Source of the DNA: Prochlorococcus sp. MIT 0801
GTDB taxonomy: Bacteria; Cyanobacteriota; Cyanobacteriia; PCC-6307; Cyanobiaceae
Assembly (NCBI RefSeq): GCF_000757865.1
Contig: NZ_CP007754.1
Coordinates: 270,001 to 302,000 of the forward strand
DNA length: 32,000 nt
Reading direction: 5' to 3'
Shown here in pieces: positions 1 to 10,209 of this stretch. The first letter of the stretch is position 1; every line of letters begins with the position of its first letter. The notes under the pieces were generated by a model, which saw only the letters and a list, made by a program, of their open reading frames with translations, was not told where the DNA came from and did no database searches. The position numbers and the translations under genes are program-made.

Positions 1-74
1 AAGGTAATTGGTTAGAAATGCTTTATCACCCATCAACAGGAATACCAACAAATCAATAGACTTTAGCTAGACGA

Positions 75-2489
75 ATGGGATTAACAAAAAATCATGATGA
101 TTCTAAAAAGACACAAATAATATCAGAGTCTTTGGATTTGCTTGAATGGCCAACTGTTTGTAGCCATTTGTCTACATTCGCTCTTACTCAACAAGGTCGT
201 AAAAAATGTGAAAGCTTTGATTTGCCACGAAATCTATCTTTAAGCCAAGAGCTATTGTCCCAAACATTAGAAATTGGGTCATTAGATAGTTCTCTTAATG
301 CAGGAATATCTTTTGATGGTGTTCATGATTTGGAAAATATACTTTTGATATGCTCCAAAGGAGGTATTGCTATTGGTGAGGATTTATTAAAAGTAGCTGA
401 TACTTTAAGAGCTGCTAGAAAATTACGAAAACTAATATTTGATCAAGTGATACGTCCACGACTTTCTGAATTACTCAAAGATGTTGCAACTTTGCCAGAT
501 TTACAAAAACTCCTCGAATTCGGGCTTGATGAAGGAGGGCGAATTGCAGATCGTGCTAGCCCAAAGCTTTCTGAATTACGACGTTATAGAAATTCCGTAC
601 GTCTTCAAAGAAAAGATATTCTTCAAGATATCATCCGGAAATATGGTGGATTACTTCAAGATAATATTATTTCAGAGAGGTATGGACGACCTGTTTTAGC
701 GTTTAAGGCTGGGACTTCTGATCAAATCAAAGGAATGGTTCATGATAGTTCGGCCTCTGGGAACACGATATATGTCGAGCCCCAAGTTGTCATATCAATA
801 GGAAATCGTTTAGCTAAGATAGATTCTGAAATCTCAGATGAAGAGAGGAGACTTTTAGCTGATTGGAGTAAAGAGGTTGGTCTTAATGCAATTGTAATAG
901 CTCATTTAGTAGAGATCCTTTTGCAAATTGAGTTTGCATTGTCTCGAGCACGTTATTCTAAATGGCTTAATGGGGTCCCTGCAATTCTTGATCAAGAAGA
1001 ACATTCACTCTTTGAGATCAAAGATTTTCGTCATCCTTTATTAGTATGGAATGACTTCCATGAGAAAAAGAATACAGTAGTTCCAACTAGTTTTGATGTC
1101 GCCCCTGATTTAAAAGTTGTTGCGATTACAGGCCCTAATACTGGAGGGAAAACAGTTGCTTTGAAAAGTATTGGTTTAGCAGTTTTAATGGCAAAAGCGG
1201 GGTTGCTTTTGCCATGTACAGGCTCACCAAGATTACCATGGTGTAAAAATGTTTTCGCTGATATTGGTGATGAGCAATCTTTACAGCAAAATTTGTCTAC
1301 ATTTAGTGGACATATTCTTCGTATAAGTCGAATACTCGACGCTATAGATGTATTCCCTGGTACGACTCTCGTTCTTTTAGATGAAGTTGGAGCTGGAACT
1401 GATCCAACTGAAGGCACAGCATTGGCCATGGCACTCCTACAGGTAATGGCTGATAGAGCAAGATTAACTATCGCGACTACTCATTTTGGACAATTAAAAG
1501 CGCTCAAATATAGTGATTCAAGATTTGAAAATGCTTCAGTTTCTTTTGATAGTGAAACTATACAACCAACTTTTCATTTGCAATGGGGAATTCCTGGTCA
1601 AAGTAATGCAATTGAAATTTCAAAGAGACTTGGTCTCGATGAGCAAGTAATTATAAGTGCTCAAAAATTTATCAACCCTGAAAGGGTTGATAATGTTAAT
1701 CAAGTTATTCAAGGCTTAGAAAAACAACGCGAGCGTCAGCAATCAGCAGCTGAAGATGCTGCTGCATTATTGGCTAAAACCGAATTACTACATGAGGAAT
1801 TACTTAATAGTTGGCAGAAACAACGCCAACAATCGGAAGAGTTTAATGAACAAGGAAGGTTCAAATTGGAGTCATCAATTCGTGAAGGTCAAAAAGAAGT
1901 TAGACATTTAATTAAACGCTTGCGCGATCAAAACGCTAGTGGTGAGACAGCAAGAATTGCCGGTCAACGATTACGGCAAATAGAAAAGGGATATCGAAAC
2001 GACAAGCGAATTAACCGCACACAGAGTTGGACCCCAAAGATTGGGGAAAAAGTTAGATTGTCTTCTATTGGTAAAGCAGGTGAAATAATTTCTTTTTCAG
2101 ATGATGGAATGCAATTAACAGTGCTATGCGGCGTATTTCGAAGCAAAGTCAATTTAACCGAAGTTGAAAGTCTTGATGGTCAAAAGGTCGAAATAAACCA
2201 AAGTGTGCAAGTAAAAACTTCGCAGGTAAGAAAGAATGTATCTTTAGTAAGAACTAAAAAAAATACCTTAGATGTAAGAGGGTTACGCGTTCATGAAGCC
2301 GAGGGGGTAATTGAAGAAAAATTGAGAAATTGTTCCGGAGCTTTATGGGTTATTCATGGAATTGGTTCTGGAAAACTGAAAAAAGGTTTGAGGAAATGGT
2401 TTGCTTCACTTCCATATATTGAAAAAGTAGCCGATGCTGAACCTCATGATGGCGGCCCTGGATGTAGCGTTGTGTGGATGGTTGATTGA
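75..2489 (+). CDS. mutS2: Endonuclease MutS2 (MutS-family ATPase with C-terminal Smr domain)
   Basis: 804-aa ORF. Walker A is VVAITGPNTGGKT and Walker B is LVLLDEVGAGTDPTEG. The C-terminal Smr-like block is LDVRGLRVHEAEG...VIHGIGSGKLKKGLRKW. Confidence 0.92.
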   Translation: MGLTKNHDDSKKTQIISESLDLLEWPTVCSHLSTFALTQQGRKKCESFDLPRNLSLSQELLSQTLEIGSLDSSLNAGISFDGVHDLENILLICSKGGIAIGEDLLKVADTLRAARKLRKLIFDQVIRPRLSELLKDVATLPDLQKLLEFGLDEGGRIADRASPKLSELRRYRNSVRLQRKDILQDIIRKYGGLLQDNIISERYGRPVLAFKAGTSDQIKGMVHDSSASGNTIYVEPQVVISIGNRLAKIDSEISDEERRLLADWSKEVGLNAIVIAHLVEILLQIEFALSRARYSKWLNGVPAILDQEEHSLFEIKDFRHPLLVWNDFHEKKNTVVPTSFDVAPDLKVVAITGPNTGGKTVALKSIGLAVLMAKAGLLLPCTGSPRLPWCKNVFADIGDEQSLQQNLSTFSGHILRISRILDAIDVFPGTTLVLLDEVGAGTDPTEGTALAMALLQVMADRARLTIATTHFGQLKALKYSDSRFENASVSFDSETIQPTFHLQWGIPGQSNAIEISKRLGLDEQVIISAQKFINPERVDNVNQVIQGLEKQRERQQSAAEDAAALLAKTELLHEELLNSWQKQRQQSEEFNEQGRFKLESSIREGQKEVRHLIKRLRDQNASGETARIAGQRLRQIEKGYRNDKRINRTQSWTPKIGEKVRLSSIGKAGEIISFSDDGMQLTVLCGVFRSKVNLTEVESLDGQKVEINQSVQVKTSQVRKNVSLVRTKKNTLDVRGLRVHEAEGVIEEKLRNCSGALWVIHGIGSGKLKKGLRKWFASLPYIEKVADAEPHDGGPGCSVVWMVD

Positions 2490-2588
2490 AATTGAGGTGA
2501 AAGTTATAAACAGTGTTTTAAGTTCTTTAATTTAGCAAGGATGAATGTAAGAATTATTATTTAGTTAATTGATTAAAGATATTTCTAA

Positions 2589-3578
<990 letters not shown>

Positions 3579-3655
3579 TTAATTGTTATGAGTGAATCAT
3601 ACCTACTTGTCTTACAGTTGTTTCTTGGTCATAACTAAAGAGAGTTATTAAAATT

Positions 3656-3838
3656 ATGGATTTTTACAGTTGTTTTGATGGACAAGGAGAAATTATTGCT
3701 CGCTGCCAGACAGATCAAGATATTAATGTTCTGAAGAAAATGGGTAGACCAATCGCTGAAGTACGTCACATGAAAAATGAGGAGGCAGTTGTCTGCTCTT
3801 TAACTGGAAGTCCTTCAGATTTTAATATGGATTATTAA
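3656..3838 (+). CDS. Small hypothetical protein (60 aa)
   Basis: An ORF of this length is unusual in an AT-rich spacer. It ends just before a strong shared hairpin terminator. I recognise no domain. Confidence 0.4.
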   Translation: MDFYSCFDGQGEIIARCQTDQDINVLKKMGRPIAEVRHMKNEEAVVCSLTGSPSDFNMDY

Positions 3839-3848
3839 TAGGATCTAA

Positions 3849-3890
3849 TAGACCAAAAAAGGGAGGCTATAGCCTTCCTTTTTTGGTCTA
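3849..3890. terminator. Bidirectional hairpin between convergent ORFs
   Basis: tagaccaaaaaagggaggct / agccttccttttttggtcta forms a ~20-bp stem with one mismatch and a 2-nt apical gap. It has A/T runs on both arms. It sits between the 3' ends of 3656..3838(+) and 3908..4126(-). Confidence 0.6.
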
Positions 3891-3907
3891 TTAATTGTTT
3901 TTGAATA

Positions 3908-4126
3908 TTAATCGTCGTATACCAAGCACTCAGGTTCGTCAGGGTTGGCGTCGCAGAAGAGTTCCAGCGCATTTGGGTCATGCTTGTCTTCAGGATGATG
4001 CTCTTTATATTCCTTGAGAGAATTAAGTTCATCTTCTAAATGATGGAGCTTGGAATCATTCCCCTGAGCTTTTGCTTCTTGGATCTCGGATTCATCCTTT
4101 TTAATATGCTCGTCAATAGTTTTCAT
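3908..4126 (-). CDS. cp12: CP12-like small regulatory protein (C-terminal Cys loop only)
   Basis: The C-terminus FCDANPDEPECLVYDD matches the CP12 C-terminal loop pattern C-x3-P-x3-E-C-x-YDD (compare YCDDNPEADECRIYDD in Synechococcus CP12). The protein is acidic, helical and 72 aa long. Confidence 0.6.
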   Translation of the reverse strand: MKTIDEHIKKDESEIQEAKAQGNDSKLHHLEDELNSLKEYKEHHPEDKHDPNALELFCDANPDEPECLVYDD

Positions 4127-4294
4127 AGCGTCTTTTAGGAGCAGGATCGTTTGACTAATACATTAATTATGACGGAGGAATATTGCACGTGGATTGTAAA
4201 TTTGGTTGGATTTCCTCACCATTCCCTGACTTAAGACCTACAAAAATTATCTTTGTGTGGGTTTTCTCTTTGAATTGACAATTGGTTGATTTAT

Positions 4295-4957
4295 TCAAGT
4301 ATCTGATACTTTTAGCTTTCTTTGGCTTTCTAAATAATCAAAAACGCTTTTATCTCCTATATCAGCTTCTGCTGGAAGGTTGAATTTCCTTATTCCCATT
4401 GATAGCAATAGCAATGACGACACAACTAGTGTTGCAAAAGTAAAACTTTCATCGGCTAATTCAGTTAAATATCCAATTAAAGCTATTGGAATAAAAATCG
4501 TTATCCCTATTGCTTCAATTCTTCTGAAACAAAAAAACTCTTTGAAACCGATCCCAGTTAAAGAAGCAAAAAGTGGACCGACAAGTAATATCGATTTTGG
4601 ATTTTCTCTGAGACCATATATTAAATTTGTTACTCCAAAATGATATAAAAGTATCAACAATCCAATACAACCAAGTACCCAGAAAATTGTTAGTGTTTGA
4701 TGTAAAGGTCTTAAATATATATGTATCCACTTAAGACTTAAACCTATACTTATTGCCATGCATAATAGCCAAATCCATATTTGATTAGATCCATTGAAAA
4801 ACCATTGAGCTATTCCTATTGAAAAGAATAATCCGCAGAAAAGAATTGACAATCGGTAAAATAAAACTTCTTTTTTATCATTAGAAGTAACTATGAAGTC
4901 TCCATAGACTCCTTTAATAGGATTTGAGGATGAAAAATAAGAATTTTCTTCTTTCAT
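4295..4957 (-). CDS. Multi-pass membrane protein (resembles cyanobacterial DUF2301 family)
   Basis: 220-aa ORF with about 6 hydrophobic segments. The N-terminal GVYGDFIVTSNDKKEVLFYR is reminiscent of DUF2301 proteins. The family assignment is from memory only. Confidence 0.7.
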   Translation of the reverse strand: MKEENSYFSSSNPIKGVYGDFIVTSNDKKEVLFYRLSILFCGLFFSIGIAQWFFNGSNQIWIWLLCMAISIGLSLKWIHIYLRPLHQTLTIFWVLGCIGLLILLYHFGVTNLIYGLRENPKSILLVGPLFASLTGIGFKEFFCFRRIEAIGITIFIPIALIGYLTELADESFTFATLVVSSLLLLSMGIRKFNLPAEADIGDKSVFDYLESQRKLKVSDT

Positions 4958-4966
4958 AGTTGATAA

Positions 4967-5941
4967 TTAATTGTTGATAGTTGTTGTAATATCTTCTCCT
5001 TTAGGAATAATACTACTTGGATTTAAAGGGAATAAAGCTCCAAAATAATCTTTTCTCCAAGTATCAACATCACATGTTTTCTTTATATTGTACATATTAA
5101 AAATCTTTCTCCTCCATTTGATTATATGCGGAAATGATTTTATTGGTTTATTGCTACATTTGAATAGTGGGTAATAAATTGCTTCCCATCTGATAAGGGT
5201 AGGGAAAAGTCTTATATCAGCAATTGAAAGATTTTTTCCACAGAGCCAAGGACCATTTGATTGAAGATATTCTTCTACAATATTTAGAGCTGAGAATAAA
5301 TCTTTTGAAGCTTTTTCATAAGCTTTTTGATTTCGAGCAAATCCACATTTATAAACTCCATTATTAATATTTTCTTGAATTAGATTCTGCCAGTTAATTA
5401 TTTTTTTTTGATATTTGCTTGGGTTAAGGTCTATGTCTTGATTGTACATAGGCCAGTTGTTTAATATCTTGACAAGCTCAGCGCTTTCATTGTTTATAAG
5501 TCTTAATTTTGATTCCGGTTCCTTACCAGGATCGAAAAGCATTGGTACTGTTGCTCTTCTTGATTGATAATTCCCACATTTTCGATAAAGCTCTTGAAGA
5601 GTTCCACAACCTTTTATTGGAGGGTCTAATATCCACCTCCCTCCTCCGTTGTCTACTTGAGCAATGTGAAGATTGATTGATTTCTTTAATCCTTTGACCT
5701 CGTAAACCATCCATGCTCTATGAGCCCAAGGGCAGCTTTTGCCAATAATTAAACCTGGTAATTGATTTGAATCTCTACTTTTTAAATCTTCCTTGGTAGG
5801 GATTTGAATTTGTTTTTGAACATTTATTGGCCTCTTGTAAGTTCCATGAGAATCTGATGGGGCAAGACCATTCATTAATATTTTCCATTCAAAACTCCAT
5901 ATGTCTCTCGCCGCTTTTACAAATATTGGTGGTATGGCCAT
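4967..5941 (-). CDS. Xi-class glutathione S-transferase / glutathionyl-hydroquinone reductase (ECM4/YqjG-like)
   Basis: Hallmark CPWAHR active-site motif (GKSCPWAHRAW). Length of 324 aa is typical of the family. Confidence 0.8.
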   Translation of the reverse strand: MAIPPIFVKAARDIWSFEWKILMNGLAPSDSHGTYKRPINVQKQIQIPTKEDLKSRDSNQLPGLIIGKSCPWAHRAWMVYEVKGLKKSINLHIAQVDNGGGRWILDPPIKGCGTLQELYRKCGNYQSRRATVPMLFDPGKEPESKLRLINNESAELVKILNNWPMYNQDIDLNPSKYQKKIINWQNLIQENINNGVYKCGFARNQKAYEKASKDLFSALNIVEEYLQSNGPWLCGKNLSIADIRLFPTLIRWEAIYYPLFKCSNKPIKSFPHIIKWRRKIFNMYNIKKTCDVDTWRKDYFGALFPLNPSSIIPKGEDITTTINN

Positions 5942-5984
5942 GAATTTCTTTTAAGATTATTTTTATCTATGGGTTTGTTGATTA

Positions 5985-6902
5985 ATGAAGCAGCTACAAG
6001 TACTGCTAGTGGCTGGTACGCATGGTAATGAAATAAATGGTATTTGGCTTTTTGATGAATGGAATAAATCATCCTTTTTAATAAATACACACGGGATAAA
6101 AACTTTTAAGGTAATTGGCAACCCTGAGGCGAAAAAGGCTGGGAAAAGATATATACACAATGATTTGAATCGGAGTTTTCAAGAAGAACCAAACATCTCA
6201 ATCAACTCTTCAAATTGTGAGAGAACTAGAGCAAGTGAGTTAGTGAATCTTTATGGAGAGGCAGGAAAAAACCCATGTCAAATAGCATTAGATTTTCATA
6301 CAACGACTTCCTCTATGGGGAGTTGCTTAGTTGTTTATGGGAGAAGAGATGCGGATTTGGCCTTGGCTTCTTTGATTCAGAATCAATTAGGTTTACCAAT
6401 ATATATCCACGAATCTGATCAAAAACAAACAGGTTTTTTAGTTGAATCTTGGCCTTGTGGACTTGTCGTAGAGATTGGTCCCGTTGCTCAGGGCCTTCTG
6501 AATTCGGGAATTATTTCGCAAACAAAATTGATTCTCGAGACTTTTATGGAACAAATTCATCAGGTTAAGAACTTAAATCTATTCTTTCCTGATAAGTTGA
6601 TAATTCACAGGCATATTAAAAGTATCGATTTTCCTAGAGATGAAGAGGATAATATTGATGGATATGTGCATTCTCTAAGGCAATCTAAGGATTGGCAAGA
6701 ATTGAAGAAAAATGATGAATTGTTTTGTAAGTTAAATGGAGAAATAATTAGGTTTGAAGAAGATCAACCTTATATTCCTGTATTTATAAATGAAGCAGCT
6801 TATGCGGAAAAAAATATCGCTATGAGCTTTACCAAAAGAGAATTATGGAATTTCAAAAAAGAATGGAAACAATCACTGATTGATTTAATACATCAAAAGT
6901 AA
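5985..6902 (+). CDS. Aspartoacylase / succinylglutamate desuccinylase family zinc hydrolase
   Basis: The N-terminal VAGTHGNEINGI carries the H-x-x-E zinc ligand motif of the AstE/AspA family. Length is 305 aa. Confidence 0.75.
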   Translation: MKQLQVLLVAGTHGNEINGIWLFDEWNKSSFLINTHGIKTFKVIGNPEAKKAGKRYIHNDLNRSFQEEPNISINSSNCERTRASELVNLYGEAGKNPCQIALDFHTTTSSMGSCLVVYGRRDADLALASLIQNQLGLPIYIHESDQKQTGFLVESWPCGLVVEIGPVAQGLLNSGIISQTKLILETFMEQIHQVKNLNLFFPDKLIIHRHIKSIDFPRDEEDNIDGYVHSLRQSKDWQELKKNDELFCKLNGEIIRFEEDQPYIPVFINEAAYAEKNIAMSFTKRELWNFKKEWKQSLIDLIHQK

Positions 6903-7049
6903 GTTCTCTCGCTCCAATAGATAATTGCCCCTTGAGCCTCTAATTCATATTTTCTGTGGCGAGCATCACTCAGAGGAACTCTTTCTTCAAGCCTATGCCC
7001 ATTAATCAGCCACTTGATTAGAACCAATTTGTGACCTCAAACCCTAAAT

Positions 7050-7110
7050 ATGAAGAGAATCTTAAGACGTCATAAGTGCCTCAAGAGCTCAAGCTACTGA
7101 TTCTCTTCAT
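7050..7110. repeat. Perfect 12-bp inverted repeat (atgaagagaatc / gattctcttcat) with a 37-nt spacer, upstream of psbA
   Basis: Read directly from the sequence. The arms are 7050-7061 and 7099-7110. The spacer contains the near-palindrome cttaagacgtcataag (7061-7076) and a gagctc palindrome. Confidence 0.85.
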
Positions 7111-7195
7111 AAATTGTCCTACATTTTAGTCACGAAAGGGGGCATTCTCCTTTATTATCACGTCTGGCAGTCTAATTAGCTGCTCTTATTTATTC

Positions 7196-7209
7196 GTCCC
7201 TTTAGGGAC
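7196..7209 (+). promoter_or_regulatory. Small hairpin in the putative psbA 5' UTR
   Basis: gtccc-ttta-gggac lies 17 nt upstream of the psbA ATG. The 7-mer ttcgtcc recurs at 7194-7200 and 7217-7223. Function is unknown. Confidence 0.3.
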
Positions 7210-7225
7210 ATACACATTCGTCCTC

Positions 7226-8308
7226 ATGACCACCATTCAGCAGCAGCGTTCTTCGTTGCTCAAAGGTTGGCCACAATTCTGCGAGTGGGTTACTTCCACC
7301 AACAACCGTATCTATGTCGGTTGGTTCGGTGTATTGATGATCCCTTGCCTTCTTGCGGCAACAACTTGTTTCATCGTTGCATTTATCGCTGCTCCTCCAG
7401 TTGATATCGACGGTATCCGTGAGCCAGTAGCTGGTTCATTCATGTATGGAAACAACATCATTTCTGGTGCTGTTGTTCCTTCAAGTAACGCTATCGGCCT
7501 TCACTTCTACCCAATCTGGGAAGCAGCAACTCTTGATGAGTGGCTATATAACGGCGGCCCTTACCAGCTTGTAATCTTCCACTTCCTTATTGGTATCTCT
7601 GCATACATGGGACGTCAGTGGGAGCTTTCATACCGTTTAGGTATGCGCCCATGGATCTGTGTTGCTTACTCAGCACCTGTATCAGCAGCTTTCGCTGTAT
7701 TCCTTGTTTACCCATTCGGTCAGGGTTCATTCTCTGATGGTATGCCTCTAGGAATCTCTGGAACATTCAACTTCATGTTCGTTTTCCAGGCTGAGCACAA
7801 CATCTTGATGCACCCATTCCATATGGCTGGTGTAGCAGGTATGTTCGGTGGTGCTTTGTTCTCTGCAATGCACGGTTCTTTGGTTACTTCATCACTTATC
7901 CGTGAGACCACAGGACTTGATTCACAGAACTACGGTTACAAGTTTGGACAAGAAGAAGAGACATACAACATCGTTGCAGCTCATGGCTACTTCGGTCGTT
8001 TGATCTTCCAATATGCAAGCTTCAACAACAGCCGTAGCCTTCACTTCTTCTTGGCTTCATGGCCAGTGATTTGTGTTTGGTTGACATCTATGGGCATCTG
8101 CACCATGGCGTTCAACTTGAACGGTTTCAACTTCAACCAGTCTGTAGTTGATACTTCAGGCAAGGTTGTACCAACCTGGGGTGACGTACTTAACCGTGCA
8201 AACCTTGGTATGGAAGTAATGCACGAGCGTAATGCTCACAACTTCCCACTTGACCTAGCAGCTGCTGAGTCTACTTCTGTAGCTCTTGTTGCACCTGCAA
8301 TCGGTTAA
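7226..8308 (+). CDS. psbA: Photosystem II reaction-centre protein D1
   Basis: The 360-aa sequence is unmistakably D1: [40 protein letters not shown] and a C-terminal extension. It shows strongly biased, G+C-richer codon usage typical of a highly expressed gene. Confidence 0.98.
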   Translation: MTTIQQQRSSLLKGWPQFCEWVTSTNNRIYVGWFGVLMIPCLLAATTCFIVAFIAAPPVDIDGIREPVAGSFMYGNNIISGAVVPSSNAIGLHFYPIWEAATLDEWLYNGGPYQLVIFHFLIGISAYMGRQWELSYRLGMRPWICVAYSAPVSAAFAVFLVYPFGQGSFSDGMPLGISGTFNFMFVFQAEHNILMHPFHMAGVAGMFGGALFSAMHGSLVTSSLIRETTGLDSQNYGYKFGQEEETYNIVAAHGYFGRLIFQYASFNNSRSLHFFLASWPVICVWLTSMGICTMAFNLNGFNFNQSVVDTSGKVVPTWGDVLNRANLGMEVMHERNAHNFPLDLAAAESTSVALVAPAIG

Positions 8309-8327
8309 GTCTTTAACTTGATTTTTT

Positions 8328-8357
8328 AAAGCCCTCTTTTAGAGGGCTTTTTTTTTT
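8328..8357 (+). terminator. Rho-independent terminator of psbA
   Basis: aaagccctct-ttt-agagggcttt forms a 10-bp stem followed by a T-run (8351-8357). Confidence 0.8.
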
Positions 8358-8433
8358 GCCTTTTTTTTATGCATTACTTCAATGGTTTATTTTTCAGCAA
8401 GTATTGATTAATATTTTGTAGATAGGTTTATTT

Positions 8434-9519
8434 ATGGGAAGTAGTTTCGGAAAACTTTTTACTATTAGCACCTTTGGCGAATCTCACGGAGGAGGTGTTG
8501 GTGTAATTATTGATGGATGTCCTCCAAAGTTAGAGCTTGATATTAACGAAATACAAAATGATCTCAATAGAAGGAGGCCAGGACAAAGCAAAATAACTAC
8601 TCCAAGAAACGAAAGTGATGAAGTTGAAATTCTTAGTGGTCTTTTAGGTAATAAAACCTTAGGAACACCAATTGCCATGGTTGTAAGAAATAAAGATCAT
8701 CGTCCTAAGGACTATTCTGAAATTAAAAAAACTTTTAGACCATCTCACGCTGATGCTACATATCAGAAAAAATATGGAATTCAGGCTTCAAGTGGCGGCG
8801 GGCGAGCATCAGCAAGAGAAACGATAGGTAGAGTTGCCGCGGGTTCTGTTGCAAAACAGCTTCTCTCTAAGTCTGCTAATACGGAAATAATTGCTTGGGT
8901 TAAGAGAATTCATGATATTGAGGCTGAGATTCTTCCTAGTGAAGTTACTTTTGATCAGATTGAGAAAAATATTGTTCGATGTCCAAATCAATCAGTTGCA
9001 GATTTAATGATTCAAAGAGTGGAGGCTTTTGGTAAAGAAGGCGACTCCTGTGGAGGAGTAATAGAATGTATTGTTCGAAATCCGCCAGTAGGTCTTGGTA
9101 TGCCTGTTTTTGATAAGTTAGAAGCTGATTTAGCAAAGGCATTAATGTCTTTGCCTGCCACTAAAGGTTTTGAAGTGGGATCAGGTTTCGGAGGTACTTA
9201 TTTGAAAGGCAGCGAACATAATGATCCTTTTTTGCCATCCGATTCTGCTCAATTGAAGACTGCCACTAACAATTCAGGAGGAATTCAAGGAGGAATCAGT
9301 AATGGTGAGGATATAGTCCTGAGAGTTGGCTTTAAACCAACAGCAACTATTAGGAAAAGTCAAAAAACAATTGACGAGGATGGTAATGCAATAACTCTCA
9401 AGGCGACAGGAAGACATGATCCTTGTGTATTGCCAAGGGCAGTTCCAATGGTTGAAGCAATGGTTGCGCTAGTTTTAGCTGATCATCTACTTAGGCAAAA
9501 AGGTCAATGTTTTGCTTAA
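8434..9519 (+). CDS. aroC: Chorismate synthase
   Basis: Signatures [20 protein letters not shown] and [18 protein letters not shown]. Length is 361 aa. Confidence 0.93.
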   Translation: MGSSFGKLFTISTFGESHGGGVGVIIDGCPPKLELDINEIQNDLNRRRPGQSKITTPRNESDEVEILSGLLGNKTLGTPIAMVVRNKDHRPKDYSEIKKTFRPSHADATYQKKYGIQASSGGGRASARETIGRVAAGSVAKQLLSKSANTEIIAWVKRIHDIEAEILPSEVTFDQIEKNIVRCPNQSVADLMIQRVEAFGKEGDSCGGVIECIVRNPPVGLGMPVFDKLEADLAKALMSLPATKGFEVGSGFGGTYLKGSEHNDPFLPSDSAQLKTATNNSGGIQGGISNGEDIVLRVGFKPTATIRKSQKTIDEDGNAITLKATGRHDPCVLPRAVPMVEAMVALVLADHLLRQKGQCFA

Positions 9520-9557
9520 TGTTTAAATAATTAATTATTGGTTTTTAGAATAAATTA

Positions 9558-10193
9558 TCAATAATCTTTTAGCCATATCTCAAGATCTTTATCAGGTAAT
9601 TGATTTCTTAATTCTCTACCGATAACTAATGCGTCATATCCACTTCGTAGTAATTTTTTTAAACTTTTACTTTTAATTCCACCTGCACCAATAAAAAAAG
9701 TATCCTTTTCTTTTAAGTATTTTAATTGATTTAAAAAGTTAGTTCCTAATTTTGAGGCAGGAAAGATTTTTATTATTTTATATCCTAGGTTGATTGATTC
9801 TTTGAAATTTTCAATATTGGATATCCCTGGAATAACTAATTGCTTATATTTAATGGCTTTGAGATGAATTTCTTTATTAAAGAATGGACTCATCGAATAA
9901 TTAAGATCTAATGCGAGAATTGATTCTAAAGATTGCTTGGAAGAAATTGATGCAACACCTAAATTAATTGATTTGAATTTATTTTTTATTTCTAGTATTA
10001 AATTTACCCATTCTGGATTGGAATCCCACCCTATTTCAATATTTTTTATACCGAAATTAGAGAGTTTCTCAATTTTAAAAAATAAATCTTCTTTTTTTTG
10101 CGAGAGATTGAAAAAATTATGTTCGAGTCTAATTACAACTATAAGGGGCTGGGCACTCAGAGATTTTATTAAATTATTTTGCTTAACTTCCAA
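9558..10193 (-). CDS. eda: KDPG/KHG aldolase-family protein (Eda-like)
   Basis: 211-aa TIM-barrel-sized ORF. IIKIFPAS aligns with the Schiff-base lysine block (EFKFFPA) of Eda. NIEIGW aligns with the Eda glutamate block. FIGAGGI is the C-terminal glycine block. The match is divergent, so the call is tentative. Confidence 0.55.
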   Translation of the reverse strand: MEVKQNNLIKSLSAQPLIVVIRLEHNFFNLSQKKEDLFFKIEKLSNFGIKNIEIGWDSNPEWVNLILEIKNKFKSINLGVASISSKQSLESILALDLNYSMSPFFNKEIHLKAIKYKQLVIPGISNIENFKESINLGYKIIKIFPASKLGTNFLNQLKYLKEKDTFFIGAGGIKSKSLKKLLRSGYDALVIGRELRNQLPDKDLEIWLKDY

Positions 10194-10209
10194 GAATTAT
10201 ATTTTTTTA

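Noticed and set aside
3-59. An open frame running off the 5' edge of the window (GNWLEMLYHPSTGIPTNQ, stop at 57-59), possibly the 3' end of an upstream plus-strand gene.
   Set aside because: Only 18 codons are visible and there is no recognisable motif, so it cannot be supported as a feature.
1031-1429. Many 60-132-aa ORFs nested inside or antisense to large genes: 481..699, 1031..1429, 1964..2152, 3835..4032, 4380..4643, 4515..4730, 5523..5714, 5963..6160, 7720..7911, 8484..8678, 8809..8991, 8945..9142, 9937..10248, 11387..11611, 11812..12024, 13434..13634, 13549..13809, 14058..14318, 14509..14691, 14998..15264, 21158..21370, 22190..22540, 27095..27292, 27434..27712.
   Set aside because: Each overlaps a gene with strong family motifs. 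Their sequences are low-complexity or compositionally odd, and none has a recognisable domain. I treat them as shadow ORFs.
4165-4200. The sequence gacggaggaatattgcacg loosely recalls glutamine-riboswitch or downstream-peptide motif fragments known from picocyanobacteria.
   Set aside because: This is only a short partial resemblance. No pseudoknot partners or conserved downstream peptide ORF are present, and the region is more simply the promoter and 5' UTR of the minus-strand CP12-like gene.
7226-8308. psbA is visibly much more G+C-rich than its surroundings, which could suggest horizontal or cyanophage origin.
   Set aside because: The gene is full length and sits in a conserved core context with its own terminator. 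The composition is adequately explained by strong codon bias in a very highly expressed gene. Phylogeny would be needed to argue otherwise.
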